A stretch of DNA of 25,186 nucleotides, from the UHGV virus genome UHGV-1407433; one strand, written 5' to 3'. Made by a program: the position numbers and the translations under genes. The notes beneath the pieces are model-generated. The model made no database searches. It was not told where the DNA came from and saw only the letters and a program-made list of their open reading frames with translations. Origin of the DNA: a virus. This document shows, one piece after another, positions 24,051 through 25,186 of this stretch (positions are counted from its first letter, which is position 1; each line of letters starts with the position of its first letter).

Positions 24051-24262
24051 TCACCTCGCGCAGCTTTGCGGCGATCCGCTTTGATTTGGAAGTACAGACT
24101 CGTTAACCACGTCAGCAAACCAAACATGAGGCTACCGAGCACACCAATGGCCGCCCATTGAGATGGAGAGACTTTATCGAGGAGCTGAAGCAACCAGTAT
24201 CCGGTCCCCCCACCCGATGCGCCGTATGCAATACCCGTCGTGATTTTTTCCATTCGATACAT
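24047..24262 (-). CDS. S: Pinholin (class II holin, phage 21 S-like) with dual-start motif
   Basis: ATG at 24262..24260 (M1) and 24253..24251 (M4): [10 protein letters not shown]... Two TMDs and ...[16 protein letters not shown]-terminus, very similar to the phage 21 S / DLP12 EssD family as I recall it. Confidence 0.88.
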   Translation of the reverse strand: MYRMEKITTGIAYGASGGGTGYWLLQLLDKVSPSQWAAIGVLGSLMFGLLTWLTSLYFQIKADRRKAARGE

Positions 24263-24300
24263 GCTCTCACCTCGCTACGTTGCGGGTGTCCAGTTGAGGT

Positions 24301-24327
24301 AATAAAAAGGGCCGCGATAGCGACCCA
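24301..24327 (-). terminator. Intrinsic-terminator-like hairpin between the methyltransferase gene and the holin
   Basis: On the minus strand: GGGTCGC-TATC-GCGGCCC (7 bp, one G-U) followed by TTTTTATT, about 40 nt upstream of the holin ATG. Confidence 0.5.
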
Positions 24328-24332
24328 AGCTT

Positions 24333-25186
24333 TTATTCCCCTGCCAGCTGCCTTACCTCACTTACCGTCTGGTTGAAACGTTCCTCTTCCAGTTCTACGC
24401 CGATAGCCTGGCGGCCCAGTTCAATGGCTGCTTTAACAGTTGATCCCGAGCCCATAAAGAAATCAGCTACCACATCGCCGGGCCTGCTGCTGGCGTTGAT
24501 GATTTGCCGCAACATATCAGCGGGCTTTTCGCACGGGTGTTTGCCTGGATAGAACTGGACGGGTTTATGTGTCCAGACGTCTGTATAGGGCACGGCTACT
24601 GTCACAGAGAAATGCCGCCGAAGAGATTTGTACTCTTCCAGCAGATCAAGGTATTTCCGGTTCAACGAATGCCATGTGGCCACCAGCTGGTGATGCGGTG
24701 CTTTGAGTTCAGAGGCGCGGTGCTTCTCAATGGCGATCTGAGTGAACAATTCCTGCAGCTTTTCGTAATCCTGCTCGTTTGGTAGTTGCCACTGACTGGT
24801 ACCGAACCAGTGAGACGCCATATTTTTCTTTCCGGTAGCGTCAGCTATTTGCCTGGACGTGACCCCCAGTTCGGCTCGTGCATCACGAAAGTAGGTGATT
24901 AACGGAGCCATGACGTGCTGTTTGACCTCGTTGCTTTTCTCAGCAAATCCGTCGCTTTTCGGCTTATATGGCCCCTGATAATGCTCAGCGAAAAGGATGC
25001 GTTCCGTCGCGGGGAAGTAAGAGCGCAGGCTTTCTTTATTACAACCGTTCCAACGCCCTGATGGCTTCGCCCAGATAATGTGGTTCATGACGTTGAAGCG
25101 TTCACGCATCATGATCTCAATATCAGATGCCAGGCGATGCCCACAGAACAGGTAAAGGCTTCCGGCAGGTTTCAACACCCGCCAGA
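24333..25186 (-). CDS. DNA methyltransferase (N6-adenine/N4-cytosine type), C-terminal 281 codons; 5' end lies beyond the window
   Basis: Frame open to the window edge. C-terminal ...HPCEKPADMLRQIINASSRPGDVVADFFMGSGSTVKAAIELGRQAIGVELE... carries the FxGxG AdoMet-binding motif typical of beta-class amino-MTases; the catalytic DPPY motif would lie upstream, outside the window. Confidence 0.8.
   Translation of the reverse strand, partial: WRVLKPAGSLYLFCGHRLASDIEIMMRERFNVMNHIIWAKPSGRWNGCNKESLRSYFPATERILFAEHYQGPYKPKSDGFAEKSNEVKQHVMAPLITYFRDARAELGVTSRQIADATGKKNMASHWFGTSQWQLPNEQDYEKLQELFTQIAIEKHRASELKAPHHQLVATWHSLNRKYLDLLEEYKSLRRHFSVTVAVPYTDVWTHKPVQFYPGKHPCEKPADMLRQIINASSRPGDVVADFFMGSGSTVKAAIELGRQAIGVELEEERFNQTVSEVRQLAGE

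Noticed and set aside
1-25186. tRNA or other structured RNA genes, integrase, attachment sites, IS elements
   Set aside because: I saw no cloverleaf-compatible segments and no recombinase or transposase-like ORFs. The window lies inside the late region, far from where a lambda-like integration module would be.

Overview
This window is the late (morphogenesis and lysis) region of a lambda-like siphovirus prophage from an enterobacterial host, encoded almost entirely on the minus strand. Reading the minus strand from high to low coordinate: the 3' part of a DNA methyltransferase gene; a phage-21-type lysis cassette (dual-start pinholin, SAR endolysin, Rz with embedded Rz1); a ~3 kb AT-rich accessory block (a KilA-N domain protein plus six small ORFs of unknown function, with its own terminators and unusual GATAA-armed palindromes); an internal cos site; then Nu1, A, W, B, C/Nu3, D, E, FI, FII, Z, U, V, a 36-codon remnant of G, a 5'-truncated H, M, L, K, I, J; a plus-strand lipoprotein moron; a decayed ORF remnant; and the 5' part of a side tail fibre gene running off the window. 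Gene identities rest on my recollection of lambda protein sequences and gene order, not on a database search. The most notable points are a deletion that removes most of G, all of T and the start of H (so the tail module is probably defective), and the accessory block flanked by inverted copies of a composite palindromic element. I found no tRNA, CRISPR array, integrase or transposase.
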